Source of the DNA: Antedon mediterranea
Lineage: Eukaryota > Animalia > Echinodermata
DNA: 64,000 nucleotides
Direction: 5' to 3'
NCBI RefSeq assembly: GCF_964355755.1
Contig: NC_092675.1
Coordinates: forward strand, 5,079,812-5,143,811
Shown here: positions 27,981 through 41,499 of the stretch, in pieces
Layout: the number at the start of each line of letters is the position of its first letter
Numbering within the stretch: the first letter of the stretch is position 1
Program-made: the position numbers and the translations under genes
Notes under the pieces: generated by a model
Databases searched by the model: none
What the model was told of the DNA's origin: nothing
The model's input: only the letters and a program-made list of their open reading frames with translations

Positions 27981-29706
27981 TTAAGTGGCCATTTTCGGTC
28001 AAATCAGTAGAATTAGGGAAAGAGTTCATTTACTAAAACATATCACTTCATCATACTGTTTAATGGCTTCGACACGTCGATTGCGGTAACTGTTAGCGGT
28101 TAGAATACGTTTATAAATTTCAATACCGACTTATCGTTCGATTAAAGTTCCGCCGTTAGCTAACATATTAGTGAAACTATGTTATTCTAAGAGTAACGTT
28201 CGTTTTACCATCCAATAGTTTTACATGTTGTGCAATGCCTTTTCCCCGACTTATTTTAATTTGTGATTGCAAAATTCTAATATAATATATCTAGTATAAT
28301 CTATATGTTTTCTGCAGTGTTATCTGAAGTTCAGACAGGTATGTCTAGTATGTATCTCCTATGTAATTCAAGTCTGTATAATTTTGTTCAGTTTTATATC
28401 TACATTTTGCATTTTCTTTTTTTATTTTTATTTTCATATTGTAAATAAATGTCTCAGACTGACTTATTTTATAAAAGTAACCTTTAAAAGAAGCCTGGCT
28501 TTAATTAATTTCCTTATAAGCCTATTTTGGAAATTTTGGTTGGTGTGTTATTAGATAACGCTCATAAGAGCCAATATTTTCTCATGCTATACTTTATGCA
28601 AATATTTATCTCTTGAAGACAATAAATAAAATGTATATAGGCAATGCATTGATAAGCCACGGTATGCATTAACACTCCTCTTCTTGATAAGGTGTTCTTA
28701 AAAAGGCTTCATTTATTTTGAGAAATTATTGATTTTGTTATGTTGATCCTAAAAAAAGGATGAATATCACTGGAGACCCTTTTTAAAACTTTGTTCCGTT
28801 TTTGGTTTTTAATTTCTTAGCACTATCAGAACATATACAAACATATATAATTATGATAGCTTTCTATCGGCAATAAGAATAATTATTTAATTGTTGAAAA
28901 TGATCAACAAAAATTTAAATTTATTTGTAATACAGGTAACGCAATTATGATAATATTTTAAATATGTGTATGTATATTACAAATATTAATAAATAGAAAC
29001 TTTAATTGATGATATATCGCTGAATCAAACAAACAAGAAAAAAAATAAAACGTGTAATAAAAGTTTAGTTTTTTATATTGAGAAATGACATACTGTATAC
29101 AATGTGATTACAAGCACCAACAACTACGGTCTGGATTTTCAGTTACAACATAATAATTTACCCAAAGATACAAAAGTCATTGTCATATTACACTCATTAA
29201 AACATTCAATTTCAAAAATAAAATAGTCGAAATTTAATACGGAAAGCAATCGTAATAATATTAGTCATTTTAAATAATCATAGCAAATCCTTTTAAAAAT
29301 GAAATATTGGATTCTATATACCTGGTAAAATACTTGGAAAATTTATTGATATTTTTACAAAACATTTATTCCCAAGATATATTTAAGAACATTCCCAGCT
29401 GACGACGGATTAGGCAAGGAACACGATAATGGATGTAATATAGGACAATTCTCGTTAATCAACGTTACAGCGATGTTAGATCCCGACTCACTGACAAGCA
29501 ATCACTACCCAGGGAGGTGTCAACCAATGGGTAGGCTCTTTTACATACTTGTACATGCAATTCAACGTATAGAATTCATTTCTCTATTGATTTAGACTTG
29601 CAGTAAATTGAAACTGATAATCACATGTTAACTTCGGTAAAGCTAAAACATCCACCAATGAAAAGTTATTATTGATTATGAAAAAAAGTAATGTAACTAC
29701 AAAATG

Positions 29707-29918
29707 ATAATAATAATAATAATAATATCCTGGATTTATATAGCGCATAATGTTGTGAAACCTCTAAGCACTGAACATTATTACCCAAGTCATTTTTTGA
29801 TCAAACACGTATGGAAACATACTCCCACAATGCAGCTAGTAATCAGCAAACGTAAAATATCTTGCCTCAGGATACAAACAATGCGATGAGAATTGGATTC
29901 GAACCTCGATCTCACGAT
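29707..29918 (-). mobile_element. tRNA-derived SINE (family A), internally deleted copy
   Basis: On the minus strand: B-box GGTTCGAATCC, body shared with 58788 and 61256 copies, L2-like tail gcgctatataaatccaggat(att)n. Confidence 0.8.
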
Positions 29919-32900
29919 GTTATTGTTATATTATACTTGATTTAGCTAATTGCAAAAACAAAGCAATTGTACGAGTGTGTCATTTTATATTTATAAACGT
30001 GCATGATCTGCACCATTATGAGTTTTCACGTGACAAGATCGGGAATCTGAAATTATAAAAACCATAGTCAATGTGTGTCTGTGCGTTCGCACACAACGCA
30101 ACGGAGCTGATCCGAATCATATCTGAGTTAACCGAAGCGAGTGCTCAAATAGCAGTTAGTACTCTCTTATCCTTCGTAAAATCCGATATAACATCCGATA
30201 AATAACGTTTAGACTCGAATTCGAATTACAACGGGTGTATCGGACGTTCATACCAGTATATAATTATGTTTTATATTTGAACGCAGTGAGAACAATCCTA
30301 AATCAAAAGACCGAGAGTAATTAACTTCGATAGAGAAAAGAGCGTGTATAGTATAGCTTTTGTTTATGAAATTATTGTCCGGTCCAAGAATAAGGTGAGC
30401 CTTTCGAATGAATGGTTGTTATTAACAAACAATGTCCAAAGCAACCTGCACATACAAGCTTTAACAATATTAGTATTTGTTCTTTATTATTCAAATATTT
30501 TTCTAAGAAACAATCAGACGCTTCTTTGTGTCTGATACCGTATAACATTATGCAAAACGAATAGAATAGTTATTCGATAATATATACAACATACCTTATG
30601 GTCACACAAACGAACACCGAACAAGTGCTACATTTTACTTCAAATAATATTGTATTATTTAAGACTTTTTGTGTAGAATTTCAATTCACTGTTTATATTA
30701 AGTCTCCGTATATATTTATATCTAACAATAAGATATACTTAGCTTCGCTTTAGCAATTTGGCCTACTAACATTACGTTTGTTTATGTGTTTATTTAGGAA
30801 AATGCCCGAAATAATGATACAATGAATATCCCATATGTTTCTGAAAACATATGTCTCTTGCTATAAAGTAAAAATACTATTCAGTAGGCCAATTGAATAA
30901 ACGCTCGTGTGTATACACAATCGTTAAGAGTCGTAATGTAAGGTCATAGTCAAGTCCTACTTAATAAATCCCAAAATCCCATTCGACTTCCTGCGCAGGT
31001 CAATCAACGTCAATGTTTTGAAGACTAAAACAGTACGCGCAAGTCCTTACTCATTTATCAACAATAATGCTTGCTTGTATTTCGTTATTCACAAAAAAAG
31101 AAATGTCATCAGTCAAAATGCATTGACTTCATACTTTTTATCCTAAAATATCAGAGACATACTTACTGCTACTCAACGAATCTTTCAACATGGCGGCAAT
31201 AGTTTAGTTTGTTGATATCTATAGCTTTTAATTATTTTTTTTCTAGACTTGAAACTAATTTTTATTTAACGTACAGTTCGTACAACGTGACCTTGCATTG
31301 AAATGTTCTGTGTATAATGCGAGCACTATCACATGATTTATGGGCATATTTATATCGCGGACTTTAATGGAATTGATAGCAGTTACAAAATATTAAAAAT
31401 GTAGCGGCTTGATAATGCAGTTCTCATTAGGATAAAGTGAATGTTAAAATTGGATTTATACACTCGTTGATATTTCAACTGATTGCCAGATTGATATAAA
31501 TTTATTATGATAAAATTATACTATCATGTTTTGTACGAACGGTAATGTTGATAAAAAAATTTAATAAATATTCAATTTATGTTGAAAATTAATAGATAAT
31601 AATTATTAGAAAAAAAAAGTGTGACAATACATTGAGCCTAAGGTAAGAATAAACAAATATCGGGTTCAGTATTTACAATTTAAAAAAGAAAAAACAATTT
31701 ATTGTATACGCCTTTTACCTGTACATCAAAATCTCTCAATTCAAACTCCTTAACAATCTTACCGTACTAATAATGTAAGTACCGTACTAACAACTACATT
31801 GCTGAGGTAAATTTCGATTAATATGTTTATCACATATAATTATTGAATATGCCATTTTAATGGGACATAATAGTTATTCACTTTGACCACAAATTTGATC
31901 AAAAAATGTTATTTTCCTGGAAAAAACTGTAATTTAAAGCAACAATTTAGTCAAATTGTCTATCAGACAATGGGTTTTTTATGTTAAATTTAACCATTTA
32001 TTTTGTATTTATAAGAATTCACTATTATTTATTTATATTCAAAGTCTGATTTTATTCATCTTCATTTAGATCAAAATATTTTTGGGGGCCATTTTACATC
32101 TTTACTATTAATTGATCAACTTTATTTCAAAATTAAAAATATAACAATATGTTCTTCTTGTTTCTTGAGAACAGTGAAATTTATTTTCTTTCTGCGGAAA
32201 ATTATGAACGAAAAATAAAGATTACATAAGCAACTTTTTTTACCGCGAATATGAAGGCCTATATATTTTTAAAATAATGTTACTGAGTTAAAGAAATATT
32301 TATCTCATGTTGTCCTGCTTTATAGTTTAATTAAATTTATTGACATTTTAAAGAATTTCAACTCCAATTTTTAGTGTATTGCTTCTTCTTGTATTTTGTC
32401 TTGTTATATAAATTGATTTTGATCAAATAAAGGACTGGTAACAGAATAAACTGCACTTTTTATATTATAGGACCAACATTATTTACATGGATATCCCTAG
32501 CTGAGTTTTTTTACTCTGTAAATAGTAAACAAGTTCAACATGAGACATGCATTATATAATCGTATTCATTTGAATACAATTTAAAACTGAACGAATTAAT
32601 AATTAATTATACTCAAATTAATTGTAGTTTGATTTGCTTTAAAAATCTTTAATATAAGTTTTATTTCATAATTGTATATTTCAGTTTCTAAACATCTAAA
32701 ATTATGTTGTGTTTTTAACAGATAGTATTTATAAACATTATTTCAACCTCATTATTGTATATTTTCGTCATTTGTTTACTAGATACGAAAATATGTATAA
32801 ATTAAGTTTAATTTAAGTTTAATGAATATATTATAAATCCAAATAATACGTAAGTAATATCACAATAAAATAAAATTATTACTTTGCAACAATATTTACA

Positions 32901-35900
32901 ATAAAAGACATCAAACATTGTCGAAAGTTTTCCTAAATAATATCTGTGTTCCAAACCTGGTAGTAGGCTATAAGCTTATTTCCGATTATCTGTGTCTTTA
33001 TTATTATATGTATATTGTCATAAACATAGTGTGATGTCATTTTTTTTTCGTTCGTTAAATTTGTGAACTAGAAACTACTAATAATATCATAATTATCAGG
33101 AATTCAAAATATAACTTTTATCGTAAACTAACGACTAACAATTATTTTTTATCGTACACAATTTACTTAGGCCTATGGTTAAATTAAAATAATATTAAAA
33201 TGTTTACATACCTTTTTCTGCCATTCTTTCTGTCATTTTGTGACCTTTGACAATACCAATGATTCTGATTTTCTCTTCGATCACAACTGTAGAGGGCACC
33301 TATCATTTGACAAGCCTCAATAATATTGCGGAATTTGTATCATACTATGAGAGTAGGCCTAGAGATATTGGGAAAGGGCGGGGGAAAAGGCGTGATGTGA
33401 GATGTAGATGACCTGGAATGTGTGTCTGTAGGCTGTGTTAAAGCAGGGAAGAATGAAATTAAAAAGATTCACTCTTCCCTGGTTAAAGCTATTCGTTTAA
33501 TTTGTTTACTTTGTTCATCAGTGTACAGGATAATATTGCTGAAGATGTTTAGTTGAATACGGTTATTGTCAGTCCGATGGATACCTTATAAACTTAATTT
33601 ACATCAAAAGCTATAAGTTTATTCGGAATTATTCAGTTTAGGACTACTAAAAAATATAAACAAGATATTTTATAAGACCAGTATATTTATTAAGGTCTGA
33701 AAGGGAATATGGTAAAGTAAATGGTAAGATAATATTATGGTTACGGGGAAGCGATGGACATTACTACAGCCAGGTCAGTTTTGAGTTGGGATTGATACTA
33801 TGTATTGAAAAGAGAATTATGTGTACACAAAACCAGCTTGTAGGCCTATATTTTTATTTTCATCTGGTTTTCCTTTTTGCAGAGACGACATTCTGCGGTA
33901 AACTGAATACACGTATACAATATGCCGCTGTAGAACTTCTGAATATGAAAATTCAATTGATTATTATTTTAAGCGGATGGAAATAAATATTTAATGGCTA
34001 GATATTATCAAAATTCATAGAAATTGGAGATTAATAGACAAATGATATAGATAGCCAACAGTCATTTATTATAGACAGAAATAAAGACGGTAGGATATAA
34101 TATTAATGGTCAGCAAAATGACTGTTTTGACCTTGACACTCGTTTATTTCATTCTGAGAAGATCTCTTTTAATTTGGCCAAAATTGTCAGCGATATGATG
34201 ACTTGAATGTGTAGATATTCAAAACCGATAAAAATATACCCCCGAGTGTAGAAGCATGATCTGTTTTCAAGGAGTCGAAATGAATAAGGTGGATTAGCGA
34301 GTGGGCACGTTTGGGAGAGACATTGTTAATCTGCATCAACGGTACGAATGCATGCTGTCCTTCCAGACGTTAAGCCCATGAACACTGAATTTCATAAAAG
34401 GATATTTATATATAAATCGTTTAAATACATTGAAAACACATCTATACCACACACCATTTCTAATTGAAGTAACTTCACAGGCTTATTGCCAAAAATACTT
34501 ACAATAATTATTACTCTATAGAAAATATTATTTTCCATAAAGTGTAAATATTAACTTTATCATTTAGGCCTACTACTAGTTTTAGTTACACATTAAAGAT
34601 GTTTCGTATAACATGAAAATAAAGTGGAAAAAGAAAGAATAAAACTTTAAAGGCCATTTTATAGTTTTAACAAAGTTATTCACTTCCGCAGGAGAAAAAA
34701 CAAATTATTTCTTAAATTTCTAAAAAGACAAAATAAACGGTTAGAGTTTTAAAAAATCGGACGCCGAGACAAGGGCTTCTGGTTAACTAGTTTTTCCTTT
34801 AAAAATAGTTTCCTTAAAAGGCTTTTGTAATGTAAATATATATATTTTTCGATCCAATGTTTGGTCAAAGTGAATAACCAATAATGTGACATTAAAAGGG
34901 CATATTTAACAACAAATTGTTCACATTTTCTTCAGGAAAAAAATAATGTTTAACTCTCACAAAATGTCAGTCATTTTAACTCATTAGAATAGTAATATGA
35001 TCAATGTTAATGACTTTATCGTTTATAGAGGGCGGTATAAAAAGACCAAATCGATACTTTTGAATTTCAGATGTAATCATTAATAATAGTTATTATTATT
35101 AAATTAGTTTATAACCATTATTGTTAGTTTATGTCAATACAATTACTATTGCAATTATGGTGTGCGATTCTTTGCCAAGAGACTTGTATTAATTAAATTT
35201 ACTGAAGAACGGAAAACGTACGAATAGTTAGGCCTAATTCATTAGTTGAGAACATGCTAGGTGCAATGCATTAGCACGTCACTAGTGACCGACCCCGGAA
35301 AGACCCGGTTCTGTGATTAAAGAACAGATTACAAAAAAAAACACATCACAACAAACCCGACGATAGACGTGTCTCAATTTCTTTTAAGATAAATGAGTAA
35401 GATTCAATAATCTATTGCAACTGAAAGTTCGTCCATGAATTAAATAATTAAATCAATCAAATAAAACCAATTAAACGCCATTTAAATGCATTTAAATTAA
35501 ATTTCTTCATTAATATTTTTAATTAATTCGATTTTTTTCCAAAATAGAACAAATTACCACCAAACACGTTTTCCAAAGATTACTGCAAGTAAGGATGTTA
35601 ACGTAACTGACGAACACTAGGAATAATGATGATGTTTTATTTTTAAATGAAACAAATGTTTTTTATTTGATCAATAATAAATGAGGATATTCGGGATTTT
35701 AAAAGGTATCTTTTCCACATTTAGGCCTACAGATTAAATATCTGTTTTTACATTTATTTTTTTACAAATTTAAACTTTATTTTTACACTCTAAACTAACT
35801 AAATTGACTCATTGCAATGATATAATAAGATTTCCAACTTTATTGATATTTTAATTGGAAAATCATCACACTGTTAGGTGGAAATCCCAAGAAAAGATAT

Positions 35901-37976
35901 TAGGCCTGATACAATACAATCGGCAATCGTGACTACTGAAACTAGTGTTAATAACTCCACATGAAATCATGTAACGCAGTGGTATGAAACGACTTCAAAA
36001 TGTTTTACACATTGAACATGGCCTTGTGATAAGACACTTTATAAATCCAGGTTTGTCTCCTCAACCCAAGGGCAAAGTCGCCAAGAGAAGATTAATCTTA
36101 CTTCTTCCTGAACGGCCATTCTGTGTTACTATATTTACACAAAGTGGTCAACGTTCCAGATCTGTCACTTTTTTGGGAGAAAAAATATTGCACCATAATC
36201 TTGTGCAGAAAGCGATAATGATCTCTAATCCGGGGAATAATTATAATAATACTCGGACATAAACAGCAAACATGCGTCCATTTTGTTTTCTGTCATTGTT
36301 AAGGTGTGAGAAGATTTCCACGTAAAATGAATTATGTGTCTGCTAATTTAAGTGGCGGTTTTTGTGATCTATGTCATTTACTACTGTCGAGTTATTGTCA
36401 TGTCGAGTTAAATTTATTGCGATGTACACGTGTTTTAGTGAAACAAATAAGGTAACAAAAAAGTTGATGAATTGTTGCCATTAAATTAATAAAATGAATG
36501 AATGAACGAATGAATGAATATCCATACAACAATTAACATAAAGTAACTTGATTGCTAAAACAAGAAATGTATAAACAAAATATTTGGAACACTGTTTTGT
36601 TTAAAACCTAAACTAATATTACAAAAAGTGATATTCATAATTATCATTAAACAGTAGAAGTGGAAGTATAGTTAATATTAAATAAGAATATTTTTGTTAA
36701 AAAATAGGAGTATTTACGTTCGAACTGTCAGTTATTGTGTACAATAATGTCTTAAAATACATTGTTATAGTCTTGTAAGTTATATGTTCACATTTATTAA
36801 TAATATATATTATAATATAAGTATAGTACGTGATGGAAATGAATATACATTTCATCGGTTAATTAAAAGGTCTTGGATAAAGTTTGCTTTACCTTGTTTA
36901 GCAGAGGATAAGAAATAGCTCAATTAGAGCTGAGGTAACAACAACCAGAATTAAGAAATTAAATAAATCTCTGACATCGACACTATAAAATATGGGATCA
37001 GCGTCTAAATGATTTAACGCATAAATACGGGATCGTAGTGAGATGATTGGCGTGGACCAAGGATCACTTCCTGTATAGATAATGATACCTGCTGGGAGGA
37101 TGCCCGTTGACCTACCATCATCTTACTATCTCGGCCTTCTTACGCAGCCAGTGATTCTCAACTGAAGTCAATTCGCAGGTGAAGGAATCATACCAAGGCT
37201 ATTGTATGCACCTGGTTGAATTTCTTTAACGGTTAAACAATACAAATATGTAAAATGAATTATAATCTCATTCTACCTGTCCCGCATTGGTGTCCTTTTG
37301 TCCTTATTAGTAACAGGCTATTTCCAGGGGATGCTATTAATGATCTCTTGGCCAGATAATTTATTTAAAAAATGGATTTTACATTATTGTAAGGTACATA
37401 TCGTATTTAAAATGACACAGTATTTCGTTACTAAATAAAAAGTAAATTAAATTTAAATATAATGGTCACTGATAGTCCCTGATGTAGGCCTCCACTGATC
37501 CAAATTGCAAAATTGAAAAATGAATTAAAAACTACCCAAAACAATTACAGTATCAAACGTTTTAACTACCGTAGAAAACGCAAGTTAATAAAGGCCTGCG
37601 TGCTATTTGACTTTGAATTTGAAGCATACCTATTATAACTGTCAACATTATTTTCTAAGGAAGTAATAATAATAATTCAATCATTTCAATTAATTTCTTG
37701 TTGACATTCAAAATTCCATACATTACGTATAATAGGCCTACTATCTAAATTACATCAATATCAATTATAACAATTTAAAATAAAATTACTGCATTATAAT
37801 AACGTTAAAAATAAATCAAATAAACTAGTTATTTTTGGCATCTCTAAAACCAATTAAAATTAAATTTTCAGTTCACGTTTTGAAACATGAATTCACAATT
37901 GTTTTTAAATAAATATCTGCGGCAAAGGATACTGTAGTTCAATAATCGACAACGTGGTGCAGTAGTGAGTGCGAAT

Positions 37977-40900
37977 ATGGAAAAACATTTGACTTTCTTA
38001 TTTGGACTTGTCTTGCAAATATCTATTAAAGATGCATTATTACCAGAAATGAACAGAAACTTGGGATCAGGTAACTTTTAATTCCCAACCGAATCATAAA
38101 CTTATGACTGTAATAGTTTGTGACAGAAAACCGAATGATGTTCATTGTTAGATTCATAGGAAAGTCTTGTTTTAGTCGGTCCTGTCAACATTTATCTTGA
38201 AATGTTAGCTGCGAATGGTTGTAAAATCTTAATTTAAATTAATTAATTAATAATTGTAAATTATATCAGTATGGTTTTGTATGAACATTAATTGTTCTGA
38301 AAGAAGTTTAGGAATGATTCCAGTAAGAACCCTTTTCATTGTTACTAACCAGGAATTACACTTGTTGATATAGATTCCGAAGTTGGAATCAGGTATATCT
38401 TGGAATAATTTAGCAACATTATGGTAAATGTTGCTAGACAACATTTTCTAATTTTATTTTTAACATAGGCTTATCTATTGTATTTTAGTATTAAACTACG
38501 TTACAGAAATTCAATTTAAATAAGTTTAATTAATAAGATTGTTTGTTTGATAGTTTTATAACATTTGTAGCTTCAGTAAGTAAGGTTTTTTTTTTCTACA
38601 AATTGTATAATATATTTTAATATAATAAAACTATACACTGTTAGTACTCATATTCCATTTTCTACATTGCGGAGAAATGTTGCCGCAACTACAAGTAGGT
38701 ATTAAACAAAATAATTATGCAACTAATAATTTGGCAAACACTTATTATTTTCTCAGATTGTTCACAGGACAACAAAGAGTTATACTTTGCGATACCTTTG
38801 GAAAAAGTGTCCACCATTGAATTACTTTTCCTTTCTCATAAGCAGCAAGGACATGATGTCATTTACTTCTCATCAAACTACGAAATTGGAGAAAACTACA
38901 TAAGTATCGATAAAGTTAAGGGAAATGATGTATATAAACTTGATGTACGTGAAGGTAACTCAACAAATTCGCGGTATAATGTATTCCAGACGATCCACAT
39001 CGAGTTTAAGAACAATGTCACATTGATTTCAGTTTTTTATGAAGATGAAAAGGAAGTGTTTGAGTTTACATCGGTGCGCTATCGTTACATATGGTATAGG
39101 AAGATGGATTTGATTACCCAGTGTGATATAGGTATGTTAATGATCACCTGTACAATAATGAACTGAATACATTATAAAATTAATTCTGAGTTATACAGTT
39201 ATTTGTATTCCAAGAGTAGTTAATGGAAGTACCCATATCTTTCAATATTGTTTTTCGTTTGAAGACACCGTTTTTCATAGTTTTCAAATACAATTTAAGA
39301 CAGCTTATAAAGTATAGTAATAATCAACCATAACATTGTTTATGATGAAATTATTTTTAGAAAAATTATTGTATCTTTTAACCGATTTCAGATCTAACTG
39401 AAGAGTGCAATACTTCAGGAAAACAAACAACTAACAACAAATGCGACAAAACAAGCAGTATTTGGTTTCGGGACGAGGATAATAATGTCATGCACTGTGC
39501 TAATTCTACATATCCGCATAATTGTTGTGAATTTTTTGGAAGTGGAAAGTGTATTAACTCAACACAATACGACAATTATGGTGGTTTCAACAGTACCGAA
39601 GATTTATTCCAGACTTATACTGAGATTGTGTACAGAACAGACACATGGTACCCTGAGAAGGAGGAAATTGATACTGAAAATACCACAAGAGAAATTGCTT
39701 TTAAAAGTGTTAATACAACAAGTCACCATGATGTGAATGGTCTATACCTAGTAGGACTTACGACAAAGAGTGATGGCAACGCTATGTATACAGAAGAAAC
39801 ATTTGCATATACCGTTAGCAATATTGAAGAACTTAATGTCGTTGAGACAGAAGAGATAGATTCTGAAGAAGATGGAAATATGTTAGGAGGTATAGGAGAT
39901 ACCGATAACAGCATCACTGACGATGACGGTAGTGGAAAAGACGTGATTGTTACGATACAAGATTGGAATGGGACGGAAGAAATCGTCGTGGACGGTGCTG
40001 ATACTTTTATGAAAGATGTATTTACTGAAGAAGTAGTGAGTGCTTCGAATCATGAGGTCAAAAATCTGAATGTTGATTTTGGCCCCAACGGTGATGGTAC
40101 TACTGCCATCGGAGGATTTATGACCATTGGTACAGGTGACAATGTTACGACTGAAGATGTCAATAATGTCAAGATGGTTACAGTTACTGAAAAAGCTGCT
40201 ACCAAAACAGAAGCAAATATCCAAGAGTTTAATGAGACTAATGGAAAAGTTACGATGATGAGATATGATGAGATAGTTGCAACTGACATTATTACTAGTA
40301 TTATAACAGTCAACGATGTTACAAATAATGTTGTCAATGTCTTTGGCGTTACGAAAGAGGAAGCTATCACTGAACAGGAAATTGCTACTGATACAATGGT
40401 TATTTCTACAAAAGAGAAGGTTACAACTGAACAACCAATTCGTACTGATACAATGGTAATTTCCACAGACAACCACGAGTTTATTGAGTTAAATGGAATA
40501 GTCACGACTACATATGAGATAGTTGTAACTGACGAAGTTACAGTAAATGCCGCTGACATTAATAGTACTAGAAGAATAACAGACGATGGTGTTACAAATG
40601 GTGATGAAACTGCTACCAATTCTGACAAGAGTGTTAAAACTGAGAGTTTAGCTACAAAGACTATAGTTACTGCTGACGTAATAGAGCAGACAAACAGTTG
40701 GGATAATATTCGTGTTACCAGCGCTTATGTTCATTTTGGCGGCAAGGAAAGTTCAAGTACTATTCCTCGTGATATAAATGATAATGAGAACAGCATTTCT
40801 ACTACGACAGAAGAACACAGCTTCATAGATGGAAAATACATAAGTGAAAGCAGTGAACACACATCCAATGGGCCAGTGGATACTGGAGGCATCCAAGAGT

Positions 40901-41172
40901 GGATAACACATGGAAATGTGGTGACGAACGACAACGATTTTAACGTTACTGCAAATATGAAAACTGATGAAAATACCCGTATGTCTAATTTTATAAGCGT
41001 TACCCCTCTGATGGAAAATGCATATAAGAAGATTGGCATGGACAGAGGTCTAGTAGTGACAATAGTGTTGATGAGTGCAATGGGTTTAACGTTGATAATT
41101 GGATGTCTTTGCATTATAGTTGCTTTCATAGAGAGACCATCTAATAAAATACACGATAAAGGAGAACCTTAA
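37977..41172 (+). CDS. Mucin-like type I transmembrane protein, ~749 aa, 3 exons
   Basis: Exons 37977-38070 (signal-like MEKHLTFLFGLVLQISIKDA), 38757-39131 and 39392-41172; both junctions are phase 1 GT-AG, total 2250 nt. Globular N-domain, Cys cluster, long Thr/Asp/Glu-rich stalk with NxS/T sites, TM LVVTIVLMSAMGLTLIIGCLCIIVAFI, short tail. Confidence 0.8.
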
Positions 41173-41499
41173 AAGTAATCATTTGACAGAATAGCTTCGC
41201 CTAAATATGATAATATACTTCAAAGTTTAAACCTCTCATAAACATAAACAATACCTTTTTTATTCAATTATAACTTTATTAATAATTATCTGTCAAATAC
41301 TTTACACGAAATTTCGAAATATTTTAACATGAATGTTAGGCATATGTGTTATGCCTATATTAGGCCTATTTATTAGATAGTTATAGATAAAACGGTTCAA
41401 TTAATATAATTTAATATAATAATTGATATGAATAAATAATTTACAATTTATGTTATCAATCACAAGCAGCACCAATGTCAAAATCTAGCAACCATCAGT

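Noticed and set aside
29340-29640. Minus-strand coding exon
   Set aside because: Stops in all frames; at most a decayed fragment.
35984-36262. 92-aa ORF in a GC-richer patch
   Set aside because: No recognisable motif or consistent splice sites on either strand.
39723-41129. Long antisense ORFs (197, 192, 132 aa)
   Set aside because: Shadows of the Thr-rich plus-strand coding exon.
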